Source: Octopus vulgaris
Lineage: Eukaryota
NCBI GenBank assembly: GCA_951406725.2
Contig: OX597835.1
Coordinates: 32,550,001 to 32,614,000 of the forward strand
Direction: 5' to 3'
DNA: 64,000 bases
Position 1 is the stretch's first letter, and each line of letters begins with the position of its first letter. Under the pieces are notes generated by a model that was not told where the DNA came from, made no database searches, and saw only the letters and a program-made list of their open reading frames with translations. Position numbers and translations under genes: made by a program. This document shows positions 1 through 11,665 of this stretch, one piece after another.

Positions 1-19
1 CGTATATCTGTCAGTGGAT

Positions 20-410
20 TGGGTATATTAATCAAGATGTACAATATTATATATCCATAATGACCAATCTTACAGACAGGTTTTGAACTAGGGTGTTCAA
101 CAGGATGTTGGGTAACAGTCTAATTATGTAACACTGCACTCTTCAGAGGTAGACGTTATGGAATGAAATATGGTGACCGCTCTCTATTGTGAGAGCTGAA
201 CAGATTTCTATTGTTGGCGGTGTCTATTCACCTCCAGCAATTCAGAGCACTTGGCATATTTCATTCTCTAATGGTTACCTCTGAAGAGCGCCGAGTTACA
301 TAATCAGACTGTTACCTAAAACTCCGTTGAACCTTTGGTGCGAAATTGGTAAGATCAGCCATAGTGGATATATAATACTGTACTCCTGCTTACATATTAA
401 TTGATTGAAA
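20..410. mobile_element. Old fold-back pair of Penelope-type terminal repeats with decayed hammerhead cores
   Basis: ~25-170 is a diverged reverse complement of ~255-400 (GGTAACAGTCTAATTATGTAAC..CTCTTCAGAGGTA vs TACCTCTGAAGAG..GTTACATAATCAGACTGTTACC). Each arm carries CTGAAGAG reading outward. Confidence 0.5.
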
Positions 411-741
411 TAATGTGGCTATTAAGCTTTCACTTTTATATTATACTACAGAAGACGGTAGGGATTATAATTTTTCTATGACTTAATAGAGTTGTTGCTA
501 TTTAGTTACGTATCTAGGAGTGGTTGTAATTTACTTATTGAATTTATTTATCGACATGGTCGTACATAGGGTAACTGTGTTTGAAAGTTGTGTTTTTTTG
601 GTTTGTTTGTAAACACCACTTATTTTAGTGCTGTTGACACTGCGAGATTGAATGGTACTGCCCAGCTGTTGAAACCATAATGATATCTGTGGGGCAGCTG
701 ATGATGGAAGTATGTTGGATTGTTGGTATGGCTGTGGAATA

Positions 742-780
<39 letters not shown>

Positions 781-948
781 TGTATGTATGTGTATATATA
801 TATATACATATACATATAGATAGATATAGATATAAAAATTATAAATATTTTTGCAATGCAATAGTATTATTTCCCAGCTTTACATACCATTGTACGGTTA
901 TCAACTGCTATTTCCAGCAAACACTAGTGCCTTGTTGTGCCACTGTTT

Positions 949-1016
<68 letters not shown>

Positions 1017-1424
1017 TAATTGAGAAAGGGTTAGGAATCCATACAAATCAAAGGTTATAGGTAAAAATAAAAAATGGAAACAGCATGGAAGTATATTTAA
1101 AGACTGTTTTTACTTTACTTTACTTTAATCAGACAGGATAAGTATTTTGATATTTGTTATAGTATTTATAAAAAATATTTCCAGTTTTGATGTCTTATCA
1201 ATTATAAAAGATTCAAAGTCAAGGATTAAGAAATAAAAAAAAAAACTGGAAATTAAAACAACTTGCTCTCATATTCTTGGTGTTCTTAAAATGTTTATAA
1301 AAGTCATTTAGTTTAACTCATATAAAAATACCTAACTTATCTGATTAAAGGAAAAAATGTAAAAAGAATCTTTACACATACTCCCTTGCTCTTTCTACTT
1401 TTACTTTTTACCTAAACACATATA

Positions 1425-2290
1425 TACAAGCGGGTAGTGAAAAGTTCCTTGCTTTGAGTACCAGAAAATACAGGAGGATCAGTTAATTATAATTTTATTC
1501 AACACTAGCAGTATCGCCTGGCATTGCTCGGTTTTGTTTCGACCCTTTAGAATTAGAATTTTTAAAAATTAAAAATTTTGCATTATGTAGCTTGTTATTC
1601 TCTTTAAGTGAACATTTTACTGGTTTAAATACACTGAAAAGTGGTGACACAGCAGTAAAAAAACCCATAAAAAATAGAGATTTCCATAGAAAAAAAGCAC
1701 CTTTTTGATGTAAATAATTTTTGGTCCTAACATGCTCCGATCTGAATTTTTTCTACTACAGAAAGAAGAGCAAGCTTTCTTCTATCATACTCTCAATTTT
1801 GGTCAACTTGCGCCACAGGGTCTTGGAGGAGATAGTGTTAGTTAAAGGCTATCAAACCTGCCACACACAGACAACTTCAGCTGTGTATATACATATATAT
1901 ATTTTTTTTCATGCAATTTACGCATGCTTGCACGCGTGGTGAACACAGTTCACGTCAAACAGCTGACTGAGTAAAGTTCACTATTCAATGCATGGGATAA
2001 GGCCTAAACAAACACATTATCGATTTTTGCACTTGCGAGATGAATTTCGGAACAGAAATAGCGCAGTTCAATTTTCATTCGCTTAAACTTTAAGTGACCC
2101 ATTTTTGGTGGTTCTACGATTTGTCGGCTAGGAGGAGATGTGCCGGGAAGTTAAACACACAGACACACACACACAGATACACATATAGACACACAAGTTG
2201 AGTTTTATATATATAGATATTTCCCTCTCAGATTCACACACTTACTGCAGTGGTCCTTCAGTTTTACTAAGCCCGCAAAAGAACCAGGCA
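1425..2290. mobile_element. Mariner-type MITE (family of 10594-10826) interrupted by a Helitron
   Basis: Joining 1425-1504 to 2218-2290 restores GAAAATACAGGAGGATCAG..CAACA|TATT..TCAGATTCACACA..GGTCCTTCAGTTTT, collinear with the copy at 10594-10826. Confidence 0.75.
1505..2217 (-). mobile_element. Non-autonomous Helitron, composite with two 5' modules
   Basis: Minus strand starts TCTATATAT and ends with a GC-rich hairpin plus GATACTGCTAG; inserted at A|T with no TSD. 1505-1890 matches the copy at 16005-16392. Confidence 0.8.
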
Positions 2291-2471
2291 TGAGGGATGC
2301 GTACACATTCATACTGACCCATATGGTATAGTTCTTTTAAAATTTCAGGTTTTATTTTGTGTGTTCGTGTATGTGTGTGTATGTGTATGTGTGTGTTTCT
2401 GTGTGTGTGTGTGCGTGTGTGTGTGTGCGTGTGTGTATGTGTGCGTGCGTGTGTGTGTCTGTGTCTGTGTC

Positions 2472-2532
<61 letters not shown>

Positions 2533-2627
2533 TTGGAATTTATTTTATAGAAAAACAAAAGACCAAGACAGGCGTATGCATAACAAGCAAGTGTATTATT
2601 AGTTTGGCAACCGGTAAAAATGAAAAA

Positions 2628-2668
2628 GTCTTTTACGTTTCGAGCCTATGCTCTTCAACAGAAAAGAA
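2628..2668 (-). ncRNA. Minimal hammerhead-like variant motif (PLE terminus)
   Basis: Minus strand reads TCTTTT CTGTTGAA GAGC-ATAG-GCTC GAAA CG TA AAAGA; the core is non-canonical. Confidence 0.45.
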
Positions 2669-3569
2669 TAAAATAAAATACGCAGAATCATTGCTATTAT
2701 GCAAAAGTGTCGTAAGTTCAAAACGTTGTTTTTTCAGAAAACGAAAAAATAGTTTCAACATTCCACAGCAAAATCTTTGTGCTACATTTTGACAACTTTT
2801 GATATCTTGGTTTCCGAAGGATCTGGAGATACGACAGTTTGACCAAAAGAACCTGCTATTGTAAGCAAAAACAAACATTGAAATAAACGCATGTGGCCAA
2901 ATTTGGACGTACAACAGATTAACATAATTGTAACGATTTATATATATATTTATTTATGTATATATATATATATATATATATATTATAAAGACACACCATC
3001 AATTGTAGACGTAATCGCCGATTCACAAGCACTCGTAGACGGACTTGTCAATTTCTTTTTAAAAAACAAGTCTAGAATTGCTTGCTTAGAAGAAGCTTTT
3101 TTTCGCTGTCTTTAAATTATTTGTTGAGGTAGTAGAAACTTTTGCACTTCGTTCAAAATTTGGATTATGTGCTACAAAATATAAAACTCGTAAACCCGAC
3201 TTGTTTCAGTCGTTACACTGAGGCCATGCTGGGGCAAGGCTATCAAGAATTTTTGGTCCAATATACCGAACACAGTACATTTTTAAAAAAGCTTATTTAT
3301 TTTATTGGTCACTTTTGCCGAACCGCTAAGTTACGGGGACCTAAAGGCACCTCACCAGTTGGCAAGCAGTGACGGGAGACAAACACACACTTAACGGTTC
3401 GGCGAAAGGAACCAATGGAATAAGTACTACACTTAGCAATGTATAAAACAAATTATGTAGTAGCGTTGATTCATTCGACTAAGGATTCTTCGAGGCGGTG
3501 CCCGAGATGGTCAAGAGAAGTAAAAGATAGAAGATTAGCGATATAAATAAATGGAAAAAATTTTTAAAT

Positions 3570-3727
3570 ATGTGTAGTAAGTAGCTTGCTTACGAACCAC
3601 ATGGTTCCGGATTCAGTCCCACTGCGTGGCACCTTGGGCAAGTTTCTTCTACTATAGCCTCGGGCTGAACAAAGCCTTGTGAATGGATTTGGTAGACGGA
3701 AACTGAAAGAAGCTCGTCGTATATATG

Positions 3728-3758
<31 letters not shown>

Positions 3759-3759
3759 G

Positions 3760-3851
<92 letters not shown>

Positions 3852-4056
3852 TGTGTCTGTGTTCGTCTCCCCCAACATCGCTTGACAACCGATGATTGTG
3901 TGTTTGCGTTCCCGTAACTTAGCGGTTCGGCAAAAGAGACCGATAGAGAATAAGTACTAGGCTTACAAAGAATAAGTCCTGGGGTCGATTCGCTCGACTA
4001 TAAAGGCGGTGCTCCAGCATGGCCACAGGCAAATGACTGAAACAAGTAAAAGAGTA
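3570..4056 (+). mobile_element. SINE family A (tRNA-like head, CORE-like ACCTTGGGCAAGT, internal (TA)n(TG)n, tail (GTAAAAGA)n)
   Basis: Near-identical copies or halves at approx 5365-5737, 6911-7083, 7783-8163, 25493-25925, 26333-30538 (split), 30930-31610, 45983-46292, 48588-48765, 50540-50956, 52433-52821, 53450-53858 and 63602-64000. Confidence 0.9.
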
Positions 4057-4639
4057 AGGGTCAAATTTTGTTTTACCTGAACCATGGACGTGGTATGGAA
4101 TGCTATGAAGATAAAGATGAAAGCGAATCCCAAGATCATAACGTTACACAAGTTAGCGTTACGGAAGCTTTGAGGCGTCATTTTCTCAGGACACATCTTC
4201 GTTTGTAGTTGTTGTAATATATGCCACAATTACAATCTGTCTTCAGTGAGGATGATATTAATTGATTAATTGATTAATTAGTTAATTAATTCACAATAAT
4301 GCATGTTTAATTTTTCCAACTAATTCGTTCTTCCTTATCTCTTTTCTTCCTTTTGTCTATCAATTTCGTTTGTCAAGATATTCATTAGTAATAACTGCTC
4401 TTGTACTTATCACCAACATGTTGGTTTGCACATAATTAGGTCATAATTATGCAAAGTCATTTGCATAGTGGAGACATAGCGGCATTTTTCCGTCTCTATG
4501 TTCTGAGATCAAATCCCGCCAACGTCGACTTTGCCTTTTATCTTTTGGAGGTCGATAAAATAAGTATCCGTCAAAAGCATTGGGGTCAATAAAACCTTAC
4601 AAAATTTCTGGCTTTGTGGTCTCAAGTAAAAAGGAATTA

Positions 4640-4782
4640 TTCTTGTTGTGGTTACTTTTGTTGTACTTGTTGTTGTTGCAGTTGTTGTTCTTGTTCTTCT
4701 TTTTCTTCTTCTTGTTCTTCTTGTTCTTCTTGTTCTTGTTCTTGTTCTTCTTCTTCTTCTTCTTCTTCTTCTTCTTCTTCTT

Positions 4783-4863
<81 letters not shown>

Positions 4864-4876
4864 ATTATTATTATTA
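4640..4876. repeat. Compound trinucleotide microsatellite (TTG)n(TTC)n(TTA)n
   Basis: Read directly from the sequence. Confidence 0.95.
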
Positions 4877-4949
4877 CGATAGCGCGCTGGCATAATCGCT
4901 AGCACGCTGGTCGAAATGCTTAGCAGTATTTCGCCCGTCGCTTAATCTC

Positions 4950-5227
4950 TGGAATCCAGAGTCTGGATAATGCCAACAGCGTGGAGAGGGCCTGTGAGGA
5001 GTTGTGTAAATATTAATAGATCAAAAATTTTAGATGCGTGATCGCTGGAGAGATAACACTCCGATGCCTGCTCGAGTTGGAGGGATCCGTCGGTTATACA
5101 GAAGCCGCAGGCGAGAGCCCTGGTGAAGCCGACCGTAGGTGCAATAATCTTATGGACTGGCATTACTGACCTTTTGCACGGGCAATGGTGAGTCAGAATG
5201 CTCCTCGTTCACGAGTGGACTCTCATC
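4950..5227 (+). pseudogene. Decayed LINE fragment, probably an AP-endonuclease N-terminus
   Basis: Homologous to 13585-13830 on the minus strand (CCGATGCCTGCTCGAGTTGGAGGG vs CCGATGCCCGTTTGAGTAGGAGGG; shared GAAGCCGACCG). That copy translates TRIGT*NVN, resembling the xGTWNV motif. Confidence 0.45.
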
Positions 5228-5983
5228 ATATATGTGTGTGTGTATGTGTGCGTGTGTGTGCGTGCGCGCATGTATGTGTGTGAGTGTGTATGTCAGTGAG
5301 AAATACAAGTTGGGAGGTAGTGTTTCGTGTTCGTTGTTAAGTGATATTTGTGGCAAAATTTCATTCCCACTGCGTGGCACCTTCGGCAAGTTTCTTCTAC
5401 TATAGCCTCGGGCCGACCAAAGCTTTGTGAGTGGATTTGGTAGACGGAAACTAAAAGAAGCATGTCGTATATATGTATATATATATATGTATGTATGTAT
5501 GTATATATGTATGTGTGTGTGTGTTTATATGTTTGTGTTTGTCCCCCCAACATCACTTGACAACCGATGGCGGTGTGTTTACGTCCCGCGTAACTTAGCG
5601 GTTTGGCAAAAGAGACCGATAGAATTAGTACTAGGCTTACAAAGAATAAGTCATGGGGTCGATTTGCTCAACTAAAGGCGGTGCTCCAGCATGGCCACAG
5701 TCAAATGACTGAAACAAGTAAAAAAGAGTAAAAGAGACTCTATGATTAGAATTATGTTAGATATTTGATTGTGAATTTCGTCTGTCGCTACGGTCTGAGT
5801 TCAAATTCCGCCGGGCTCAATTAAATAAGTACCAGTTACGCACTGGGGTCGACATAATCGACTTAATCCGTATGTCTGTCCTTGTTTGTCCTCTCTGTGT
5901 TTAGCCTCTAGTGGGTAGTAAAAATACTATTTGATTATGAATGTGGTGATGACTCTGCGGTGAATTTCTTTCTATATTCTTTA

Positions 5984-6383
5984 CTAGCAGTATCGCCCGG
6001 CGTTGCTCAGGTTTGTAAGGGAAATAACTATATAAGCATTTTTAGATAGTTATAGCCAAAAAATAGCAAAAAATGCATTAAAAATGGAAAAAAAAATGAT
6101 GGTAATTTTTTTTTAAATCGTTGACTCATCGTAGACATTTTTAGAGAGTTACTTCCCTTATGTAATAGCGAAAAAAATGCATTAAAATGGAAAAAAATTA
6201 TGGTAAATTTATTTTAAATCGTAGACTCATTGTAGATGCCCGTTAATACTCAGAAGGGCTCGATATGAATCACGACTATAAGATACCCGGTTTTGGTTAA
6301 ACTGCACCGCAAAATGTGGGAGTAGTTAGGAATCTAAATCGTAGGAGACAGACAGCACACAACCTCACTTTTATATATAAAGA
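5984..6383 (-). mobile_element. Non-autonomous Helitron
   Basis: Plus strand runs a|CTAGCAGTATCGCCCGGCGTTGCTC...TATATATAAAGA|t, i.e. TC...hairpin-CTAG on the minus strand at an AT site. Confidence 0.85.
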
Positions 6384-7078
6384 TTATCGCTATTATAATC
6401 AAAAGTTGTCATATTTATCTTCTTCGTCGTTATCTTTATTGTTTTTGTTGTTGTTGTTGTAGTTGTTGGTGATGTAAACTTGCAACGACGTTCATTCGCA
6501 TGACATGTGTCGCCAAGGAAACTTGTACACTACTGAAACCAGGTGCATATGTACGGAATCATATGATGTTTCGTTTAGTTGGTTTATTACGTTATCTCTC
6601 AGTGGTGGTGGTAGTGGTGGTGATGGGGTGAGAGAAGAGGGAGGAGGAAACAAGAAAAAAGAAAGAGAGCGAAGGGAAGAGAAAAAGAGAAGGAGAGAGG
6701 GGGAAGAGGTAAAAATAATGAACGAATAAATAAATAAATAAAGAGCGAATGTGTTTATATTTTGAAGGAGAACTGATTGCAAGTAAAAGAGAAACAAAAA
6801 ATGTTTATTACGAAAGAGAGAAAGAAATAGAGTGATGAGTAATGTGAGAGAGACAGAGGAGAAGGAAGAAAGACAGATAGAAAAGTAGTATTGTTCTTAT
6901 GTAATTGTAGATAGGCGCACGAGTGGCTTTGTGGTAAGAAGCTTGCTTCCAAACCACATGGTTCCCTGGTTCAATACCATTGCGTGACTCCTTGGGGAAG
7001 TGTCTTCAACTATAGCCTCGGGCCGTCAAATGCATTGTGACTGGATTTGGTTGACGGAAACTGAAAAAGAAGCCCTTC

Positions 7079-7157
<79 letters not shown>

Positions 7158-7158
<1 letters not shown>

Positions 7159-7360
7159 TCTGGCCCCTGTGCCGGTGGCACGTAAAAAACATCCACTACA
7201 CTCACGGAGTGGTTGACGTTAGGAATGACATCCAGCTGTAGAAACACTGCCAAATCAGACTAGAGCCTGGTGCAGCCTCCATGGCTTCCAGACCCCGGTC
7301 GAACCGTCCAACCCATGCTAGCGTGGAAAACGGACGTTAAATGATGATGATGATGATGAT
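7158..7360 (+). mobile_element. 3' part of a SINE with an RTE-like tail (family E)
   Basis: Ends CCAACCCATGCTAGCGTGGAAAACGGACGTTAAA(TGA)n; follows a family A 5' half and a (TA)n tract. Confidence 0.6.
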
Positions 7361-7782
7361 ATATATATAGGAATGGCTTCTTTTTCAGTTTTTGTGAATC
7401 CTGTAACAAATTGTAGTACTCAGTCAATTTCTGGCCTCTTATTTGTTAGCCTAGATTCGATTGAATCTTGTAACAAAATGGGTCACAGGCTCTGGAATAT
7501 TAGTGCGCCATTAATTTCAAGCACATGCAAAAGATACCCCAAATGTCCAATTCCATTTCCTGCATATCTGATCCACAAATGATCTCGAAATCAAGATTTA
7601 AAAAACGAGGTATATATATCTGTATATACACACTCTTGGATACTTAGGGCTTGCCTCCCTATTCATGTTGAGAGTGAAACATGGCGGCTTCTGCAGAAGA
7701 AATCTTATGGCTCAATGGAGAGTAAGGCGGCCGAAGCAATGTATTGTGGAGTACAGAGAACAAGATGAGTCAAGAAAGACAT

Positions 7783-8163
7783 ACTCTTTTTTACTCTTTT
7801 ACTTGTTTCAGTCATTTGACTGCGGCCATGCTGGAGCACCGCCTTTAATCGAGTAACTCGACCCCGGGACTTACTCTTTGTAAGCCCAGTACTTATTCTA
7901 TCGGTCTCTTTTGTCGAACCGCTAAGTAACGGGGACATAAACACACTAGCATCGGTTATCAAGCAATGCTAGGGGGACAAACACAAACATACACCCACAT
8001 GACAGGCTTCTTTCAGTTTCCGTCTACCTAATCCACTCACAAGGCTTTGGTCGGCCCGATGCTATAGTAGAAGACACTTACCCAAGGTTCCACGCAGTGG
8101 GACTGAACCCGGAACCATGTGGTTAGTAAACAAACTACTTACCACACAGCCACTCCTGCGCCT
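7783..8163 (-). mobile_element. SINE family A, full length, minimal internal microsatellite
   Basis: Reverse complement of the family A consensus. Confidence 0.9.
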
Positions 8164-8384
8164 GGTCTTCCATTACATCTGTCTCCATTCTCACTCGTCT
8201 TGACCTGTCCTTGCCACTGGATTGAAGATGGTCACAGAAGAGAGAGTTAAGCCGATGGTGCTCAACTCATCGTTAGTTTTAACAAAGTAACGACAGATGA
8301 AATACTGCTAAGCATTTCGCCCGGCGCGCTAACGTTTCTGCCAGCTCGAGGAATCAAATATAATGGAGCTTATTCGAATCAGTG

Positions 8385-8522
8385 GGATAGAGTAAAGGTA
8401 GTCGAGCTAAGCGGAGTAGAGCGGATTGAAATGAGTTGGGAGCAGAACAGTTAAGTGTAGTTGAATGGAGTTGAGTGGAACTAAGCGCAGTGGACTGAAA
8501 TGGAATGGATTTGAATGGACTT
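8385..8522. repeat. Degenerate pentanucleotide repeat, (TGGAA/TGGAG)-like
   Basis: 5-bp periodicity: TTGAA TGGAG TTGAG TGGAA .. TGGAA TGGAT TTGAA TGGAC. Confidence 0.6.
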
Positions 8523-8804
8523 ACCGTTAATTGTTTCAAATTACCAACCTCCATTTATCTGATCTCTCCTGAGATGCTGTGTATTCATCGGAAATTTCCT
8601 GGGTGTCTGGAAGAAATGATCAGTTGTAGAGCCAGGATTTTTCATGTGTAATTTGAACGACAAGAACCAGGCTTTCTTTATTCACAAATTGTTCTTATAA
8701 CACACCCTTTGACTACCCCAGAAGGCTGGAACTCAACCAAGTCGTATGTGATACCCTTAAAGTCAGGAACTTTTCAGCACACCTTGTGAGTGTGTGTACA
8801 TACG

Positions 8805-8884
<80 letters not shown>

Positions 8885-8964
8885 AATTATTATTTAAGGG
8901 AATAAAATCCAAACTTACAAGGAAAAAGAATTCAATTTAGAAATGCTAAATCAAATTACACACA

Positions 8965-9002
<38 letters not shown>

Positions 9003-9003
<1 letters not shown>

Positions 9004-10292
9004 GAGAGGCGTTCAATAAGTAATGCCCCTGAGACACTTCCCATTGCAGTAGAGCAACGAAACTTGGTACAGTTATTAGTCTTTTTCTACATAGGAACCA
9101 CCCAGAGTTACACATTTCTCCCATCGTTTGATGCAGCTCTGGAGACCGTTTTTGTAGAAGACCCTAGCTTGGTCTTCCAACTACGACGTGACATCAGAAA
9201 TCAAGGTTGCATCATCTGGGAAACGCTTTCCTTTCAAAAACAACTTCATGGCTGGGAAGAGGTGAAAATCAGAGGGTGCAAGGTCAGGAGAGTAGGGGGA
9301 CGGGGGAGGAGTTCATAGCTGCACGCCTGTGCTTCTGATCTGGCGACACGCGAGTTGTGGACCGGAGCGTTGTCCTGCAGGAGGAGGATGCCTTTGCTCA
9401 TCTTGCCCCGCCTCTTTTGATAGCTTCTCTTAATTTCCCAAAAAGTGAAGCATAATAGGCTCCTATAATTGCGGTACCCTTTGCCAGGAAATCTGTCATC
9501 ACTACTCCATCCTGGTCCCAGAAGACTGAGCATGACCTTGCCAGCTGAGAGCTGCACCCTTGCTTTCTTTGGAGGAAGTGAGTCACGGTGCTTCCACTGC
9601 ATTGACTGGGCTTTGGTCTCTGGATCATAGTGATGGACCCCGGTTTTATCCTATGTAATCAGTCTTTTGAAAAATTTTGACTCATCTTCTTGGCACATCT
9701 CGAAATTCATCCTCGAGCACTCGACGCGTTCTTGCTTCTGGAAAGGTGTGAGCAACCTGGGAATCCATCTGGCAGACACCTTTTGCCTATGCAAATGGTC
9801 ATGAATGATAGTTTCCGCAGACCCGGTACTAATCTTAACCTCATGGGCTATTTGGCGAATAGTTATGCGTCGATATTCCAAAATTGCAGCCTCAAGTTGA
9901 CGGACAGAAGCCTCATCAATGGCAGAAGGGGGTGGTGACCAGATCTGGGAGCTGTTTCCACAGTGTTCTGACCATGTTTGAATTCACGATGCCAGCGTTT
10001 TACAAGTTCATATGATGGGGCATCATCACCATAAGTTACTTTCATTTCATCAAAAGTCTCCCGTGGTGTGCGTCCTTTCAAATACAAAAACCAGATTACT
10101 GCTCGACACTCAACAGGCTCCATTTCACACTTGACTCAGTTCAAACACCTGTAAATCAGAAACCACAATTAGTTCAGAGCTGTAATTTGCCACTCAATCT
10201 ATAGAGATAAAAATAATTGCACATGCAAATTTTCAGCTACATCAAACAACTGTTAGTGGATCAGGGGGGCATTACTTATTGAACGTCTCTCG
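9003..10292 (-). mobile_element. Full-length decayed mariner (DD34D-type) DNA transposon
   Basis: ~30-bp TIRs CGAGAGGCGTTCAATAAGTAATGCCCCTGA (9003-9032) and TCAGGGGGGCATTACTTATTGAACGTCTCTCG (10261-10292) in a TA context; 1290 bp long. Confidence 0.95.
9070..10123 (-). pseudogene. Mariner transposase, frameshifted
   Basis: Successive ORF pieces: MEPVECRAVIWFLYLKG..VKRWHREFKHG (HTH), KVSARWIPRLLT (WVPHEL motif), MQWKH..PPKKARVQLSAGKVM, LLQDNAPVH, and a shifted SPDLAPSDF. Confidence 0.92.
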
Positions 10293-10593
10293 TTATATTA
10301 GAAAAAACCCACCTTTTATCAATTCAAAATGAATAATTAAATAACACCATCTAGAAAATTACATATAAAAATGTATATATACATTTTTATTATTTTTGTA
10401 ATTTACTTAAATCTTTACATTTTATTGTTATTTTAATTTTAACTTTTCTATTATATGAAATTTTCTAGATGGTGGAATTTAATTACTCATTTTGAATTGA
10501 TAAAAGCTGTTTTTTTCTAATATTTTATATATATACACACACACATATATACATCCATACATACAAACATACATACATACATGCATGCAAATA

Positions 10594-10826
10594 CGAGAGG
10601 GTTCTGGAAATTTGCTGGCTTTGTGTTAAAGAAAATACTGGAGGATCAGGTGATTATGATTTTAATCAACATATTATTCGCTATCAGATTAACACATTTA
10701 TTGCAGCGGTCCTTCAGTTTTTCTAAGCCTTGTAAAAGAACTCAGAAGGTTGACCCCGCCACCACCACCACCAACCAGGCCTTTTACAACACTCTTAAAG
10801 CCAGAAACTTTTCAGCAACCCCCTTG
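10594..10826. mobile_element. Mariner-type MITE
   Basis: Imperfect TIRs with TA flanks: TA|CGAGAGGGTTCTGGAAATTTGCTGGCTT ... AAGCCAGAAACTTTTCAGCAACCCCCTTG|TA. A related decayed end lies near 8590-8790. Confidence 0.75.
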
Positions 10827-11164
10827 TATACCTAATGATTGTAATTGCAAACGAATGGTAATGTTCTGTACTACCTTTAACGCTAACCACATGATTCCCT
10901 GTCTGTGTGTTTGTGTGGTGATCATAGTAAGTAACGAAAGCGCTATGGACTAGATGGAGAGAAATGGAGAGTCAGCTGTGCAATTCGTATAAGATAGTCG
11001 CTAGTAGCAGTTCTAGTAGATTTCTGCTTTTAGTAGATTTCTGCACTTTGCATAGGCGAGATGCGTTGTGCGCGCGTCTACGTTTCCATATTTGCATGTA
11101 GGATTAATTAGAACGCTGTGTCAATATACTCGAATCGCATATAGGAAATTAAAACAGAATCTGT

Positions 11165-11246
11165 AAGCACATGCATGCACACACATACGTACGTATGCAT
11201 AGAAGTAAGTCTGTATGTATGTATGTATGTATGCACGTGTGCGTCT

Positions 11247-11277
<31 letters not shown>

Positions 11278-11333
11278 CATGTATGTATGTTTATATATAT
11301 ATATATGTATACATGTATGTATGTTTATATATT

Positions 11334-11366
<33 letters not shown>

Positions 11367-11398
11367 ATATATATATATTATATATGTATATATGTATA

Positions 11399-11439
<41 letters not shown>

Positions 11440-11506
11440 AATATATATATATATATATGTATATATATGTATATATATATATTATATATATATTATATAT
11501 TATATA

Positions 11507-11554
<48 letters not shown>

Positions 11555-11588
11555 GTATATATATATATTATATATATATATGTATATA

Positions 11589-11665
<77 letters not shown>

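Larger units (their letters stand above)
8890..10525. mobile_element. AT-rich fold-back element in (TA)n, host of the mariner insertion
   Basis: 8890-8970 plus 10293-10525 are collinear with 41604-42012; 10297-10372 is the reverse complement of ~10452-10522. Confidence 0.75.

Noticed and set aside
690-730. GCAG CTGATGA as a hammerhead core
   Set aside because: No downstream GAAA/UH or closing stems.
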